A stretch of DNA of 64,000 nucleotides from Candidatus Aminicenantes bacterium (GCA_037441905.1 JBBIRF010000006.1:18675-82674); one strand, 5' to 3'. Shown: positions 38,496 through 49,062, counted from the first letter of the stretch. Numbers and translations are program-made. Notes: a model not told the origin generated them from the sequence alone.

Positions 38496-39608
38496 TTATT
38501 CTCTTCGCTCGGCGCGAGGGGCGGTTTTTTCTGGCTTAAAATCGATTTTTCTTAACTCATACTCGAGAAAACCGAGCCCGACCTTTTCCCCGTATGCAAG
38601 CTGAACTGACCAATCTAAATCATAGCCTTCCCGGAGGACATCACGGCCCGCTCTCTCAAGAACAAGGTCGACCGAGGCTTTATCCACGGCCACCGGGTCA
38701 AAGGAGGCCAGAATTCCGATATCCTCAACTACGGCCGGCTGGTTCTTGGCCAGGCAGTCGCAATCCTTCGTCACCTGGAGAAGAAAATTTAAAAAGACCG
38801 ATTTTGGGCCGAAGTAGTTCCGGACAGCCAGGGCATACTCCACCATTTTTTCCTGGACACGGCGGGAATCGTCGTCCCAGCGCATCTTAACCGCGCCAAC
38901 TTTACAGACTACCAGGCATTCGCCGCAACCAATACACCGCTCATCGATAATCTTAGCCGCTCCTTCGACCTGAATAATGGCTTTGGCCGGACAGTAATCG
39001 AGACAAAGCCCGCAATTAGTGCAGGTTTTTGGGTTAACCCGGGGATGAACCTCAGAATGCTGCTCGAGTTTACCCGCTCGCGAGGCGCAACCCATCCCGA
39101 GGTTCTTAATCGCACAGGCAAGGCCGGTAGCGACATGACCTGTAAAATGGCTTAAAGCAATAAGGGCGTCAGCATGGAGAATAGCCCGGCCAATCTTGGC
39201 CGTCTGGATTCTTTTCCCGGAGACTTTAATTTCTTCATCGTCGGCCCCGAGAAGCCCGTCAGCAATGACCACCGGCAGACCGGTGCTTTCAAGAGTGAAC
39301 CCGTGGTCGGCCGCCTGGCGCAGATGGTCGACGGCGTTCGACCTCTGGCCGACGTAAAGAGTGTTGGAATCGGTGAAAAAGGCCCGCGTGGTTTTTTGCT
39401 GGACTTGCTGAATAAGCCCTTTAAGCCAGGCTGGTTTAATATATCCGGTATTCCCCTTTTCGCCGAAATGAATTTTCAGGGCGACAAAATCATCCGCTGC
39501 GACCAGTCGCTCGAATTTTGTCGCCAGATAGAGTTGCTCGACCTTGGCGGCCAGAACTTCGGCTCCCTCCTCGCGGGTTGCTGGGATGAAGTAAACTAAA
39601 CTGGCCAT
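38496..39608 (-). CDS. DUF362 family protein with 2x[4Fe-4S] ferredoxin domain
   Basis: KIHFGEKGN, FFTDSNTLY, HFTGH, IKNLGMGCASR, CTNCGLCLDYCP and CIGCGECLVVC. Confidence 0.92.
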   Translation of the reverse strand: MASLVYFIPATREEGAEVLAAKVEQLYLATKFERLVAADDFVALKIHFGEKGNTGYIKPAWLKGLIQQVQQKTTRAFFTDSNTLYVGQRSNAVDHLRQAADHGFTLESTGLPVVIADGLLGADDEEIKVSGKRIQTAKIGRAILHADALIALSHFTGHVATGLACAIKNLGMGCASRAGKLEQHSEVHPRVNPKTCTNCGLCLDYCPAKAIIQVEGAAKIIDERCIGCGECLVVCKVGAVKMRWDDDSRRVQEKMVEYALAVRNYFGPKSVFLNFLLQVTKDCDCLAKNQPAVVEDIGILASFDPVAVDKASVDLVLERAGRDVLREGYDLDWSVQLAYGEKVGLGFLEYELRKIDFKPEKTAPRAERRE

Positions 39609-39616
39609 CTCACTCC

Positions 39617-40774
39617 CTACGAAGGCAATTTCTCTTCAAGATAAGAGCGGGCAGCCTCAACCGCCTGACCGGGTTTGACTGAATAATTGAGAGAACCAAG
39701 CGTTTTTTCGACCGCGTTCATGGCGAAAAGAACCTGGTCGGCGGAAAGGTTTCCCATGTGTCCCATCCGGAAAACCCCGCCGGCCGTAGGCCCCAGCCCG
39801 CCGGCAACTACGACTCCGTTCTCGTAAAGCAGGGCTCGAAAGCGGCGGTCATCGATGCCGGCAGGATAGCGGACGACCGAAAGAGTCGGCGCCAGGAACG
39901 GTTCGGCTGTAAAGAAAGAAAAACCGAGCTCTCTGAGGGCTGCCCGCACCGCCCGGGCTGTCCGGCGGTGGCGCTCGAACCTCTTCTCCAGGCCTTCCTC
40001 GAGGACGAGCAAGGTTGACTCGTAAAAGGCCCTGATTTCGTTGACGCACGGAGTCGAAAAATATTTTGCCGGGTCCTGCATAATTGGTAACCAGCGCAGA
40101 AGGTCAGAATAATAGGCAGGAATGGAAGGCATCCTCTTCCTTTTCTCCATTGCCCGCCGCGAGACGACAAGAATGGCCAAACCCGGCGGCGCTCCGAAAC
40201 ATTTCTGGGCCGCGGTCAGGACGACATCAATCCCCCAGGAATCCATGAATTCTTCTATTCCGCCCGTCGCGCAGACTCCATCGACGATGAATAACTCTTC
40301 CCTTCTCTTCAACAACGAAGCGTAGGCTTCAACCGGAGCGCAGGTTCCAGTGGCGGTATCAACATGCGTACAGATGACGGCGGCGTAAGTTGATTCCTTT
40401 AGCTTTTTAGCCAACTCTTCAGGCAGGACTGCCTGTCCCCAGGGAGGCTTGAGGACATCCGCTTGCAAATTAAAAGCGGCAAAGATATCAGCCATCCTAT
40501 CCCCAAAATACCCATGAGATAGAATAAGAGCCTTTTCTCCCGGGCGAACGGTATTGAGGACCGCCATCTCCATGGCCAGGGTGCCAGCCCCCGCAATGAT
40601 AAACGCTTCGCCATCCTTACAATCGACAATCTTTTTTAAATTGGCGACGGCACCCCTTAACTCTTCGACCATTTCGGGACCGACATGCGAGACAGTAGGT
40701 ATTGAAAGACGGTTAATAATCCGCGGATGAACCGGACTCGGGCCGGGAATTAATAACAGCTTTTCTTGCGGCAT
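39617..40774 (-). CDS. Class V PLP aminotransferase (alanine-glyoxylate/serine-pyruvate family)
   Basis: LLIPGPSPV, GTLAME, HVDTATG, VDGV, AAQKCFGAPPG, FRMGHMG. Confidence 0.93.
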   Translation of the reverse strand: MPQEKLLLIPGPSPVHPRIINRLSIPTVSHVGPEMVEELRGAVANLKKIVDCKDGEAFIIAGAGTLAMEMAVLNTVRPGEKALILSHGYFGDRMADIFAAFNLQADVLKPPWGQAVLPEELAKKLKESTYAAVICTHVDTATGTCAPVEAYASLLKRREELFIVDGVCATGGIEEFMDSWGIDVVLTAAQKCFGAPPGLAILVVSRRAMEKRKRMPSIPAYYSDLLRWLPIMQDPAKYFSTPCVNEIRAFYESTLLVLEEGLEKRFERHRRTARAVRAALRELGFSFFTAEPFLAPTLSVVRYPAGIDDRRFRALLYENGVVVAGGLGPTAGGVFRMGHMGNLSADQVLFAMNAVEKTLGSLNYSVKPGQAVEAARSYLEEKLPS

Positions 40775-40885
40775 TTTCTTTTCCTTTCTTTAGATTAAGA
40801 TAAAACATTTTGGCTTACGAGGTTTCATAAATCAAGACAAAACTATTATAATCTTCTCCAAAGAAAAGGGAGAAAGGAGGCCGCC

Positions 40886-42202
40886 ATGAGGCACACCCGC
40901 CTGTTAAATGGGATAACCCTGGTTTTCATCTGGGCCCTCCTCTGGAGTCAGGCTCAAGCTTTCGGCTACAACCCGGCCGAGAGCAACCTTAAAGCCCGCG
41001 AATGGTTCAAGGCAGCCAAGTTCGGCCTTTTCGTCCATTGGGGACTCTATTCCATCCTGGGTGACGGTGAATGGGTCATGTTTAACCGAAGGATTCCGGC
41101 CGCTGATTATGAAAAATTAGCTTCGTTTTTTAACCCCACAGCTTTTGACCCGAAAGAATGGGTTTCTCTGGTCAAGAAAGCCGGGATGCGCTACATCGTC
41201 ATCACTTCCCGCCATCATGACGGGTTCAGTCTTTTTGATTCCAAAGCCACGAGTTATGACGTTGTCGATGCCACCCCTTTTGGCCGCGATATCCTTAAAA
41301 TGCTGGCTGAAGAATGCCATCGTCAAGGAATAAAACTGGGGTTTTATTATTCTCTTCTCGACTGGCATCATCCCGACTATGCCCCGCGGACAGCCTCGGG
41401 AGAACTTCTAAGAAGAGGGTCCCAGGGTGATTGGTCGCGCTATTTGGAGTTCATGAAAACGCAGCTTCGGGAATTACTTACTAATTATGGAGAAGTGCTC
41501 AGCATCTGGCTTGACGGCCACTGGGACGCCGGGCAGGCTGACTGGCGCTACGACGAGCTCTACGGTTTAATCCACTCACTTCAGCCCCAAACCCTTATCG
41601 GCAATAATCATCATCTAACCCCTTTTCCGGGAGAGGATTTTCAGATGTTCGAGAAGGATTTGCCCGGAGGACGAACTCAAGCTTTTAACCGCGAGCAGCC
41701 GGTAAGCCCCCTGCCGCTCGAGATGTGCGAAACCATCAACAACTCCTGGGGTTTTAACATCAACGACCGTCGTTATAAGAGCCCTGAGGAATTAATCCAG
41801 CTCCTGGTCAGAGCAGCGGGTTATGACGCCAACCTCCTGCTTAACGTCGGCCCGATGCCCAACGGAAAAATTCAGCCGGAATTTGTCGACCGACTGGTTG
41901 CGGTCGGCCAATGGCTCGAGACGAACGGCGAGACGATTTATGGGACAAGAGGCGGCCCGCTCCGGCCTCAGCCATGGGGCGTGACTACCCAAAAAAAAGG
42001 AACCATCTTCCTCCATCTGCTTGATTACCAGGAGGAAGCCATTCTTCTTCCTGGATGGAAACAAAAAGTGGCCGCAGCAACTCATTTCAGGAGCGGCCAG
42101 AAAATAAGTTTTCGTTCTCTGGATGAAGGTTTAGTCCTTAACCTTAAAGGCCTGCGGCGCGACCCGGTTGATACGATTATCCGCTTAGAAATAACCAAAT
42201 AA
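40886..42202 (+). CDS. Alpha-L-fucosidase (GH29)
   Basis: Signal peptide, KFGLFVHWG, TSRHHDGF, WLDG (nucleophile Asp), LLLNVGP. Confidence 0.93.
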   Translation: MRHTRLLNGITLVFIWALLWSQAQAFGYNPAESNLKAREWFKAAKFGLFVHWGLYSILGDGEWVMFNRRIPAADYEKLASFFNPTAFDPKEWVSLVKKAGMRYIVITSRHHDGFSLFDSKATSYDVVDATPFGRDILKMLAEECHRQGIKLGFYYSLLDWHHPDYAPRTASGELLRRGSQGDWSRYLEFMKTQLRELLTNYGEVLSIWLDGHWDAGQADWRYDELYGLIHSLQPQTLIGNNHHLTPFPGEDFQMFEKDLPGGRTQAFNREQPVSPLPLEMCETINNSWGFNINDRRYKSPEELIQLLVRAAGYDANLLLNVGPMPNGKIQPEFVDRLVAVGQWLETNGETIYGTRGGPLRPQPWGVTTQKKGTIFLHLLDYQEEAILLPGWKQKVAAATHFRSGQKISFRSLDEGLVLNLKGLRRDPVDTIIRLEITK

Positions 42203-42222
42203 GGAACTTGCAGGAGATAAAA

Positions 42223-44508
42223 ATGAAATCAAAGCGGACCCTCCGGGTTAGAGTTTTTCCGTACTTGTTGGCGGGTTTTCTTTTTTCTTTAATTCTTCTG
42301 GCCGCGTCACCACCCCCGCCAGAATTAAACTTAATCCCCCGGCCATACCGGGCAGAGCTCAGCCGCGGCTCACTGAGCTTAACCGCCGCCAGCACCATCA
42401 TCATCAACCAGGAAGTGCCCGCGCTCCTTAGCCTGGCTGAAACCCTTCGCTGCGACCTCGGCCGGCTCACGACCTGGGCGTGGGAAATAAAATCAGCTCA
42501 CGAAATAAAATCATTACGAGGTACCATCTACCTCCGGCTTCTTCCGAGAAAAAAAGAGGAAAACCCCGAAGCCTACGAGCTTCGAGCGAATCCTGACTAT
42601 CTCTTGATCGATGCCTGGACCCCGGCCGGCCTCTTCTACGGGATTCAGACTTTCTGGCAGCTCTTGTTTCCAGAAATGAAGGGCCAAGCTCCAGGGGCGT
42701 TGAAGGAATTAAAGGTCCCGAGGGTAAAAATTATTGACCGGCCTCGTTTCCGCTGGCGGGGAGTTCATCTGGACGTCAGCCGGCATTTTTTCCCTAAAGA
42801 GTGGGTCAAGAAACTGCTTGACCTGGCCGCCGCCTATAAACTAAACACTTTCCACTGGCATCTCACCGACGACCAGGGTTGGCGGCTGGAAATCAAGAAA
42901 TATCCCCGGTTAACCGAAATTGGTGCTTGGCGCCGGGAGACGATGGAAGACGGCCAGCCTTACGGAGGCTTCTACACTCAGGAGGATATCAGGGAAATCG
43001 TAAGCTATGCCCGCGAGCGGTTCATTTCTGTCGTCCCGGAAATCGAAATGCCCGGTCACTGCCAGGCCGCCCTGGCCGCTTATCCTGAGCTCTCCTGCTC
43101 TGGCGGTCCTTTTCGAGTGGCTACAGAGTGGGGAGTAATGAACGACGTTTTTTGCGCCGGCTCCGAGGCGACTTTCGAGTTCCTGGAAAATGTACTAAAT
43201 GAAGTCATCGATATGTTCCCGGGGGAGTTTGTCCATATCGGCGGAGACGAAGTCCCGAAGGTTCGCTGGAAAAACTGCGTTCGCTGCCAGACTCGCATCA
43301 AAGAAGAAGGCCTTAAAGACGAGGGCGAGCTCCAGAGTTATTTTATCCGGCGGATAGAAAAATTTCTTAACTCTAAGGGCCGAAGGCTTATCGGCTGGGA
43401 CGAGATTTTAGAGGGAGGTTTGCCGGCTGGAGCTGCGGTGATGAGCTGGCGGGGGACAGCCGGAGGCATCGAGGCGGCGCGCGGCGGCCACGATGTCGTC
43501 ATGAGCCCGACTTCCCATTGTTATTTTGATTATTACCAGGGACGTGTTGATGAACCCCGGGCGATTGGCGGCTTCCTGCCTGTCGAAAAAGTCTATTCCT
43601 TCGAACCAGTCCCGGCTGAACTTAAACCGGCCGAAGCCACCCATGTCTTAGGCGCCCAGGCTAACCTCTGGACTGAATACATCGAAACCCCGGAGCATGC
43701 CGAATACATGCTCTTTCCCCGTCTGCTCGCTTTAGCCGAGGTCGTTTGGAGCCCGAAGGAGAAAAATTGGCCTGACTTTGCCCGTCGTCTCCTGGCTCAT
43801 TATGACTTCCTGGCCGAGAAAGGGGTAAACTTCCGGGTGCCGCCTCCTGAGGGAATCGGCGGCCGGCAAAGGCTCAAGGAAAAATTCAAGCTAAGCCTGA
43901 CTCCTCCTGTTCCCGGAGCTAAAATCCTTTATACGCTCGACGGCCAGTTCCCGGACGAGAGTTCTTTAATTTATACTGACCCGATAGAAATAGAAGGAAA
44001 TAAAATCCTCCGGGCCGTTACTCTCTTGCCCAACGGTCGGCTCAGCCATCCGGTCTCGATGTATTTTTTCCAAGTTGACGAAACCCAAAACGGGCTTTTT
44101 TATGATTACTTCGAGGGCAACTGGGAACGGTTACCCAGCCTGGACAATGAGACTCCCTTAAGGTTGGGCATTACCTATGACTTAACGCTTGAAGGGATTT
44201 TCACCCGGCCGGATTACTTCGCCCTCCGGTTCAGGGGATGGTTGGTCCTGGATGAAGCGGGTGAATACACCTTCATCACCCGGGCGAATGACGGGTTGCG
44301 GCTGCTGGTCGATGACCGGGTGGTCGCCGAAAATTGGGGCATTTTCGGCCAAAGAGAAGTTACGGGGAAAATATATCTTACCTCAGGAAAGCATCGTCTT
44401 GAGGTGGAATATTTCGAAAAAACCGGTGGTCAGTTCTTGGAAGTTTTTATTCAAGGCCCGTCGCTCCCCTACCAGCCTCTGCCGCCAAGCCGACTTTTCC
44501 GCGAATAA
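42223..44508 (+). CDS. Beta-N-acetylhexosaminidase (GH20) with C-terminal PA14 domain
   Basis: RFRWRGVHLDVSRHF, HWHLTDDQGWR, PEIEMPGH, HIGGDEVP, QANLWTEY; PA14-like tail; ATG 42223 with CAGGAG SD. Confidence 0.95.
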   Translation: MKSKRTLRVRVFPYLLAGFLFSLILLAASPPPPELNLIPRPYRAELSRGSLSLTAASTIIINQEVPALLSLAETLRCDLGRLTTWAWEIKSAHEIKSLRGTIYLRLLPRKKEENPEAYELRANPDYLLIDAWTPAGLFYGIQTFWQLLFPEMKGQAPGALKELKVPRVKIIDRPRFRWRGVHLDVSRHFFPKEWVKKLLDLAAAYKLNTFHWHLTDDQGWRLEIKKYPRLTEIGAWRRETMEDGQPYGGFYTQEDIREIVSYARERFISVVPEIEMPGHCQAALAAYPELSCSGGPFRVATEWGVMNDVFCAGSEATFEFLENVLNEVIDMFPGEFVHIGGDEVPKVRWKNCVRCQTRIKEEGLKDEGELQSYFIRRIEKFLNSKGRRLIGWDEILEGGLPAGAAVMSWRGTAGGIEAARGGHDVVMSPTSHCYFDYYQGRVDEPRAIGGFLPVEKVYSFEPVPAELKPAEATHVLGAQANLWTEYIETPEHAEYMLFPRLLALAEVVWSPKEKNWPDFARRLLAHYDFLAEKGVNFRVPPPEGIGGRQRLKEKFKLSLTPPVPGAKILYTLDGQFPDESSLIYTDPIEIEGNKILRAVTLLPNGRLSHPVSMYFFQVDETQNGLFYDYFEGNWERLPSLDNETPLRLGITYDLTLEGIFTRPDYFALRFRGWLVLDEAGEYTFITRANDGLRLLVDDRVVAENWGIFGQREVTGKIYLTSGKHRLEVEYFEKTGGQFLEVFIQGPSLPYQPLPPSRLFRE

Positions 44509-44747
44509 GCCAGAAGCAACCGAGAGACGGGAAAATGAACTTAAGATTAGCCCCAATAATAGAATTAAAAGATATTATCCAGGCCGTATTATTTTAGCCT
44601 TATCGCTACCGAGGACAGGAGGCTAAAGAAAGGAAAAATTAAAACGGGAATTAATTGTTGGCCAGCGGCAAATACTGCCAACAAAAAAACGAAACGCCGG
44701 AAAAAGCTCGCAACGGAATTTCCGGCAAACGAACTCGACGGAGGTCG

Positions 44748-46172
44748 ATGATGGTTAAAGATACCAAAGAGCGGCCAGGAAAGATGGTTATGGCTTTTAG
44801 AATTTCTTTGCGGACAAAAAAATTGGTTGGGAAAATCAGCCTGTGGCTTTTCCTCCTGAGTTTGAGCCTGCCTCTCATCGCTCAACCTTCGGCCGAAGAC
44901 CCGGGCTCAAAATTAGATGCTTATCTGGAGATTCAAACGAAGCTGGGCCGTTTTTCAGGCGTCGTCCTCATCAGCCAGAATGGAAAAATTATCTTTGAAA
45001 AAGCTTACGGGCTGGCGAATTACGAGCTCAACGCGCCGCTCCGGGTGAGGTCAAAGTTTCGCATCGGGTCTTTGACCAAGTCGTTCACGGCGGCGGCCAT
45101 TCTCCAGCTGGCTGAAAAGGGAGCTCTCAGGCTTGAAGACCCGCTGGCCCGTTTTTTTCCCGATTATCCTAACGGTGAGAAAATTACCATCCACCACCTT
45201 CTGACTCACACTTCGGGCATCCCGAACTTCACCAGCCTTCCCGAATACGCAAAATTTAAACTGAACCCGGCCACTCTTTCCCAGACTATCAGCCTTTTTC
45301 GCCAGCTTCCCCTTCAGTTCGAGCCCGGGACCAAGTTTGCCTATTCTAATTCGGGATATATCCTTCTAACGGCTATCATCGAAAAGGTTGCCGGAAAGAC
45401 TTACGCTGATTATTTAAGAGAAAATATTTTCTTGCCGCTTAACATGCTGGACACCTCCTACGACGACCTGAATGCCGTCATCAAATACCGGGCTCTGGGC
45501 TATAGTTTAAAAGACGGCGAAATGGTCAACGCGCCCTACATCGATATGAGTGTGCCGGCTGGAGCCGGCGGGCTTCTCTCAACCGTCGAAGACCTTTTTG
45601 CCTGGGACCAGGCGCTGCGGACTGACCGGCTGCTGAGTTCTTCTTCTCGGGAAAAAATGTTTACTCCCTTTCTTCAGAACTATGGTTATGGCTGGGAAAT
45701 AACCGAAGTAGACGGGAAAAAGATAGCTCAACATAGCGGTGGTATCGAGGGTTTTGTCTCCCACTTCACCCGCTTTTTGACCGAAGACGCTTGCCTGATT
45801 ATCCTGAGCAATTTTGACTTCGCGCCTCTTTCCCAGGTCAAGCAAGACCTGATGGCCATCCGCGCCGGCAAGCCTATTGTCTGGCCCCGGGAAAGGAAAG
45901 CTATCCACCTGGCCCCAGAAATTTTTGACCGTTATTGCGGCGATTATGAGATAGCCCCAAACCTCATTCTTCATGTCAGCCGGGAAAACAACCGCTTCTG
46001 GGCCCAGGTGGCCGGCCAGCGCCGGATAGAAATCTTACCCGAGAGCGAAACCAGGTTCTTCGGTCGGTTTATCGAGGCCGAGGCAGTTTTTATCCTCGAC
46101 CAGGAAGGAAAAGTGTCTGAGCTTGTGATTTATCAGGCCGGAAAGGAGACCAGGGCCAGGAAAATAAAATGA
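44748..46172 (+). CDS. Serine hydrolase (AmpC/beta-lactamase-like) with DUF3471-type tail
   Basis: SLTK (SxxK), YSN, HSG motifs; signal peptide; start uncertain (ATG 44748 has a GGAGG SD). Confidence 0.88.
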   Translation: MMVKDTKERPGKMVMAFRISLRTKKLVGKISLWLFLLSLSLPLIAQPSAEDPGSKLDAYLEIQTKLGRFSGVVLISQNGKIIFEKAYGLANYELNAPLRVRSKFRIGSLTKSFTAAAILQLAEKGALRLEDPLARFFPDYPNGEKITIHHLLTHTSGIPNFTSLPEYAKFKLNPATLSQTISLFRQLPLQFEPGTKFAYSNSGYILLTAIIEKVAGKTYADYLRENIFLPLNMLDTSYDDLNAVIKYRALGYSLKDGEMVNAPYIDMSVPAGAGGLLSTVEDLFAWDQALRTDRLLSSSSREKMFTPFLQNYGYGWEITEVDGKKIAQHSGGIEGFVSHFTRFLTEDACLIILSNFDFAPLSQVKQDLMAIRAGKPIVWPRERKAIHLAPEIFDRYCGDYEIAPNLILHVSRENNRFWAQVAGQRRIEILPESETRFFGRFIEAEAVFILDQEGKVSELVIYQAGKETRARKIK

Positions 46173-46186
46173 CCGGTTTGGAAATC

Positions 46187-47305
46187 CTAAGTCACGAGGG
46201 AGCTAAGAACTCGTTGGATTTCTTTCTCTTGCTCTTCCATCGAACTCAACAACTGGAATTGAGCCAGGGCCCGCTCAAGGTTATGCTCCGGCCGGCTAAT
46301 CTTGAAATAAACATCACCTTCCAGATAATCAGTTAGGAAGCGAAGACCAATAGTAAAGGTCAGCAGTCTACCCGCCAGAGGCAACAATTCTTTTTCGGCG
46401 GGCGTGAGGAGGTCAGCAGTCTGAGAAAGATAGCCCTCGGCCACCGCCCGGAAAAACTCGAGTTCGAATTTCACCCGGGAAAGGTCAACCTCATCCTCCG
46501 CCGCCCGGCACGTAGCCGTCCTGACCAGGTCGCCAAAATCATAAAGAGGTGAACCAGGCATCGTCGTATCTAAGTCTATTACACACACTCCTTTTCCTGT
46601 TTCGTCGTCGAATAAAACATTATTAATCTTGGTATCATTATGGGTTACCCGGCGAGGCAAACGGCCCGAAGCCATCCCCTCTGTGACCACGCTGACGATG
46701 GTTTCTCTCTCGAGGGCGAAACTGACCGCTGAACCAGCTCGCTTCCTCCGCTCCGGGTTAGCGGCTTGAAGAGCCTGCAAGAAACGTTCGAAGCGCCGCG
46801 GCGTGTGATGAAAATGTGGAATGGTCTCAAAAATTTCTGCCGGGTTAAGGTCAGCCACCAATTTCTGGAAAAGGCCAAAGGCCTTGCCGGCTTCATAAGC
46901 TTGTTCAGGGTTCTTGGGCGCTTCGACCGTGTGACAGCGGTCAATATAATGATAAGCTCGCCAGTATTCGTTTTGCGCCGAACGGTAAAAACTCCGGCCA
47001 TCTTTACCGACAAGCAGGCGCAAACTCTGCCACTGACCTTTCTTGCCTGAGGCCGCGGTCAGCTTTTCTCTCAGGTGCCGGGTGATTTTTTCCCAGTTGG
47101 CCATCATTAATTCGGGTTGCCAGAAGACAAGGGTGTTGATGTGCTGAAATGTGTATTTTTTCGGACCGTCGCTGCCGGCAACCTCAACCAGATAGGTGTC
47201 GTGGATGTGGCCATGCCCGAGGGGCTCATACCTAAGAAGCGAATTACCGGGGTCAAAATGAGAAAGTACTTCGATGATTTCTTCCGGGGAATGTTTCCTC
47301 GTCAT
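46187..47305 (-). CDS. APH-family sugar kinase (N-acetylhexosamine 1-kinase-like)
   Basis: GHGHIHDTY, FQHINT..F, HNDTKINNVLFD, VIDLDT, GLRFLTDYLEGDVYF; start moved to MTRKHSP (47305). Confidence 0.85.
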   Translation of the reverse strand: MTRKHSPEEIIEVLSHFDPGNSLLRYEPLGHGHIHDTYLVEVAGSDGPKKYTFQHINTLVFWQPELMMANWEKITRHLREKLTAASGKKGQWQSLRLLVGKDGRSFYRSAQNEYWRAYHYIDRCHTVEAPKNPEQAYEAGKAFGLFQKLVADLNPAEIFETIPHFHHTPRRFERFLQALQAANPERRKRAGSAVSFALERETIVSVVTEGMASGRLPRRVTHNDTKINNVLFDDETGKGVCVIDLDTTMPGSPLYDFGDLVRTATCRAAEDEVDLSRVKFELEFFRAVAEGYLSQTADLLTPAEKELLPLAGRLLTFTIGLRFLTDYLEGDVYFKISRPEHNLERALAQFQLLSSMEEQEKEIQRVLSSLVT

Positions 47306-47309
47306 CGGT

Positions 47310-48284
47310 TCATTCCGTTGCCAGGGAGCCCTTGATGTCGGGCGGATAAACACCCGCCGTCACCAGCTCAGCGATACCCTGGCGAACTCCGGGTAAGTCC
47401 TGGGGATAGGTGATCCCGAACCATCTTTCCTCGGTCGGCAAATAGCGCACCCTGGCCTTACCCGAACGGGTCAATTCGCCGATAAGGTCAGGAATTAGAA
47501 ATTCGGCCCGGGGGTCATGTCTATAAGTTTGGAGAAAAAGGTCGAAACCCTGGCGTAAAAAAGGAAAAATACTGGGGTCAAAACCCCAGAAGTTCATCGA
47601 AACCACCTCTTTTCCCGAAAGCTCCACCCAGGTGCCGTCTTCTTGTCGGGCTCGGACCTTATCCCCTGCCTTTTCGATGTGCTTCATCTCCTTAATGTCG
47701 TTAACCATGCCGCCGTCCAGACGGCACAACCCCCGGCAGACCGGGCCGAACGGAGAAAGGGTGTTTTCCAGGCGATAGCCGGCAAGGCCATATTCGGGCC
47801 CAAGGTTATCCTCGGCCGAAGAGGGCTCGACGGATTTTTTTTTTAGATAGGCCGCCATTGACCTAAAAGCCTCGCGGCCATAAAAGTCGTCGGCGTTAAT
47901 GACCCCGAATGGGCCGTCGACAACTGGCTCTACCATCATTAGGGCATGACCAGTGCCCCATGGTTTTTGCCGGGCGGCCGGTGGCGACCAGTTGGCGGGC
48001 AAACCAGAATGAAGCTCTTGAAAAACATAGGAAACATCGAGAATTTTTTCCCAGAAGGCGCCCACCAGCCGGCGAAAATCAGCCTCGATTTCTTGCCTGA
48101 TGATAAAAATTACTCGGTTGAAGCCGGTGATATGAGCATCATAGATGGAATAATCAATGATGGTTTCCGCCGCCGGGCCGACAGCGCTCAGCTGTTTTAT
48201 CCCTCCGAACCGGCTGCCGATACCCGCGGCTAAGACGACCAAGCTGAGCTCGCTTTCTCGAAGTTTACTCATCTTTGACCCCAT
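47310..48284 (-). CDS. Sugar-1-phosphate nucleotidyltransferase family protein
   Basis: LAAGIGSRFGGIKQ, KPWGTGHA, INADDFYG, VSMNFWGF, WFGITY. Confidence 0.9.
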   Translation of the reverse strand: MGSKMSKLRESELSLVVLAAGIGSRFGGIKQLSAVGPAAETIIDYSIYDAHITGFNRVIFIIRQEIEADFRRLVGAFWEKILDVSYVFQELHSGLPANWSPPAARQKPWGTGHALMMVEPVVDGPFGVINADDFYGREAFRSMAAYLKKKSVEPSSAEDNLGPEYGLAGYRLENTLSPFGPVCRGLCRLDGGMVNDIKEMKHIEKAGDKVRARQEDGTWVELSGKEVVSMNFWGFDPSIFPFLRQGFDLFLQTYRHDPRAEFLIPDLIGELTRSGKARVRYLPTEERWFGITYPQDLPGVRQGIAELVTAGVYPPDIKGSLATE

Positions 48285-48587
48285 CCTGAAAAAAGCTTAT
48301 AGTTTAGTCGCCATAAAGGTTCCCATGGTTTTTGGCTTGGGGTTTTATCATTCCTGAGGCCCCGCTTGGCCACTTCATTCTCCGATTTACTTTTTTCCTC
48401 CCACCTGGCGATATCGGACCCACGCCTTTTTCCTGAAAATCAAAACCAGGCTCAAGAAAAACGCCTTTCTATATAGCATACAGGATAAAAAACTGTCAAA
48501 GGAACGCAAATTCTGTTTGCTCAGCCGAAATCCATATGTTATAATCAGCTTCCTTTTTAAATAAAAAATCAAAAGGGAGGAAGGCCC

Positions 48588-48827
48588 ATGGGAAAATATC
48601 TGGCCATCGTCGGCGGAATCATTGCCATGGCTGGAGGGATTGTTCTCGTCATTTTTGTTTGGTGGCGGGAGTTTTATGAGCTTATTTTTGGCTGCATCCC
48701 TCCACTCCTTTTCTTTGGCGGGTTGATTGCTGTCGTTGCCGGCATCAGCAGCATCAAGGACGCGATTCGAACCAAGAAACTCGAAGAAGAGGCCAAGAAG
48801 CAGACCGAAACCGAAGAGAAAAAATAA
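48588..48827 (+). CDS. Small two-helix membrane protein
   Basis: GGGAGGAAGG SD, two hydrophobic segments, charged C-terminal tail. Confidence 0.75.
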   Translation: MGKYLAIVGGIIAMAGGIVLVIFVWWREFYELIFGCIPPLLFFGGLIAVVAGISSIKDAIRTKKLEEEAKKQTETEEKK

Positions 48828-49002
48828 GCGGTAACTAAACCGCTGCCGCCTCAGGGCCTTTTCTACAGTTTAAAAATAGAGTTTCACCTTTTTTATTTAG
48901 ATAAAAAGACCAGATTTCTTAAAGATTAAACTGCTTCCAGTTCAAAGTCTGGAAGGAAAACAAGCTTTTTTTAAGGACATCAATACCCGAGGTTTCTCTT
49001 CG

Positions 49003-49062
49003 GTTATTTTTTAGGCTATTTCTTAAGCTATTTCTTAAGCTATTTCTTTAGCTTTTTGCTTC
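49003..49062. repeat. Five tandem 12-bp degenerate repeats
   Basis: GTTATTTTTTAG, GCTATTTCTTAA, GCTATTTCTTAA, GCTATTTCTTTA, GCTTTTTGCTTC. Confidence 0.85.

Noticed and set aside
44535-44597. 20-aa ORF MNLRLAPIIELKDIIQAVLF between GH20 and the serine hydrolase
   Set aside because: Weak SD, no attenuator structure or telling codon run; such ORFs arise by chance.
49003-49062. Tandem repeats as a CRISPR array
   Set aside because: Units are 12 bp with no unique spacers, and no cas genes are present.
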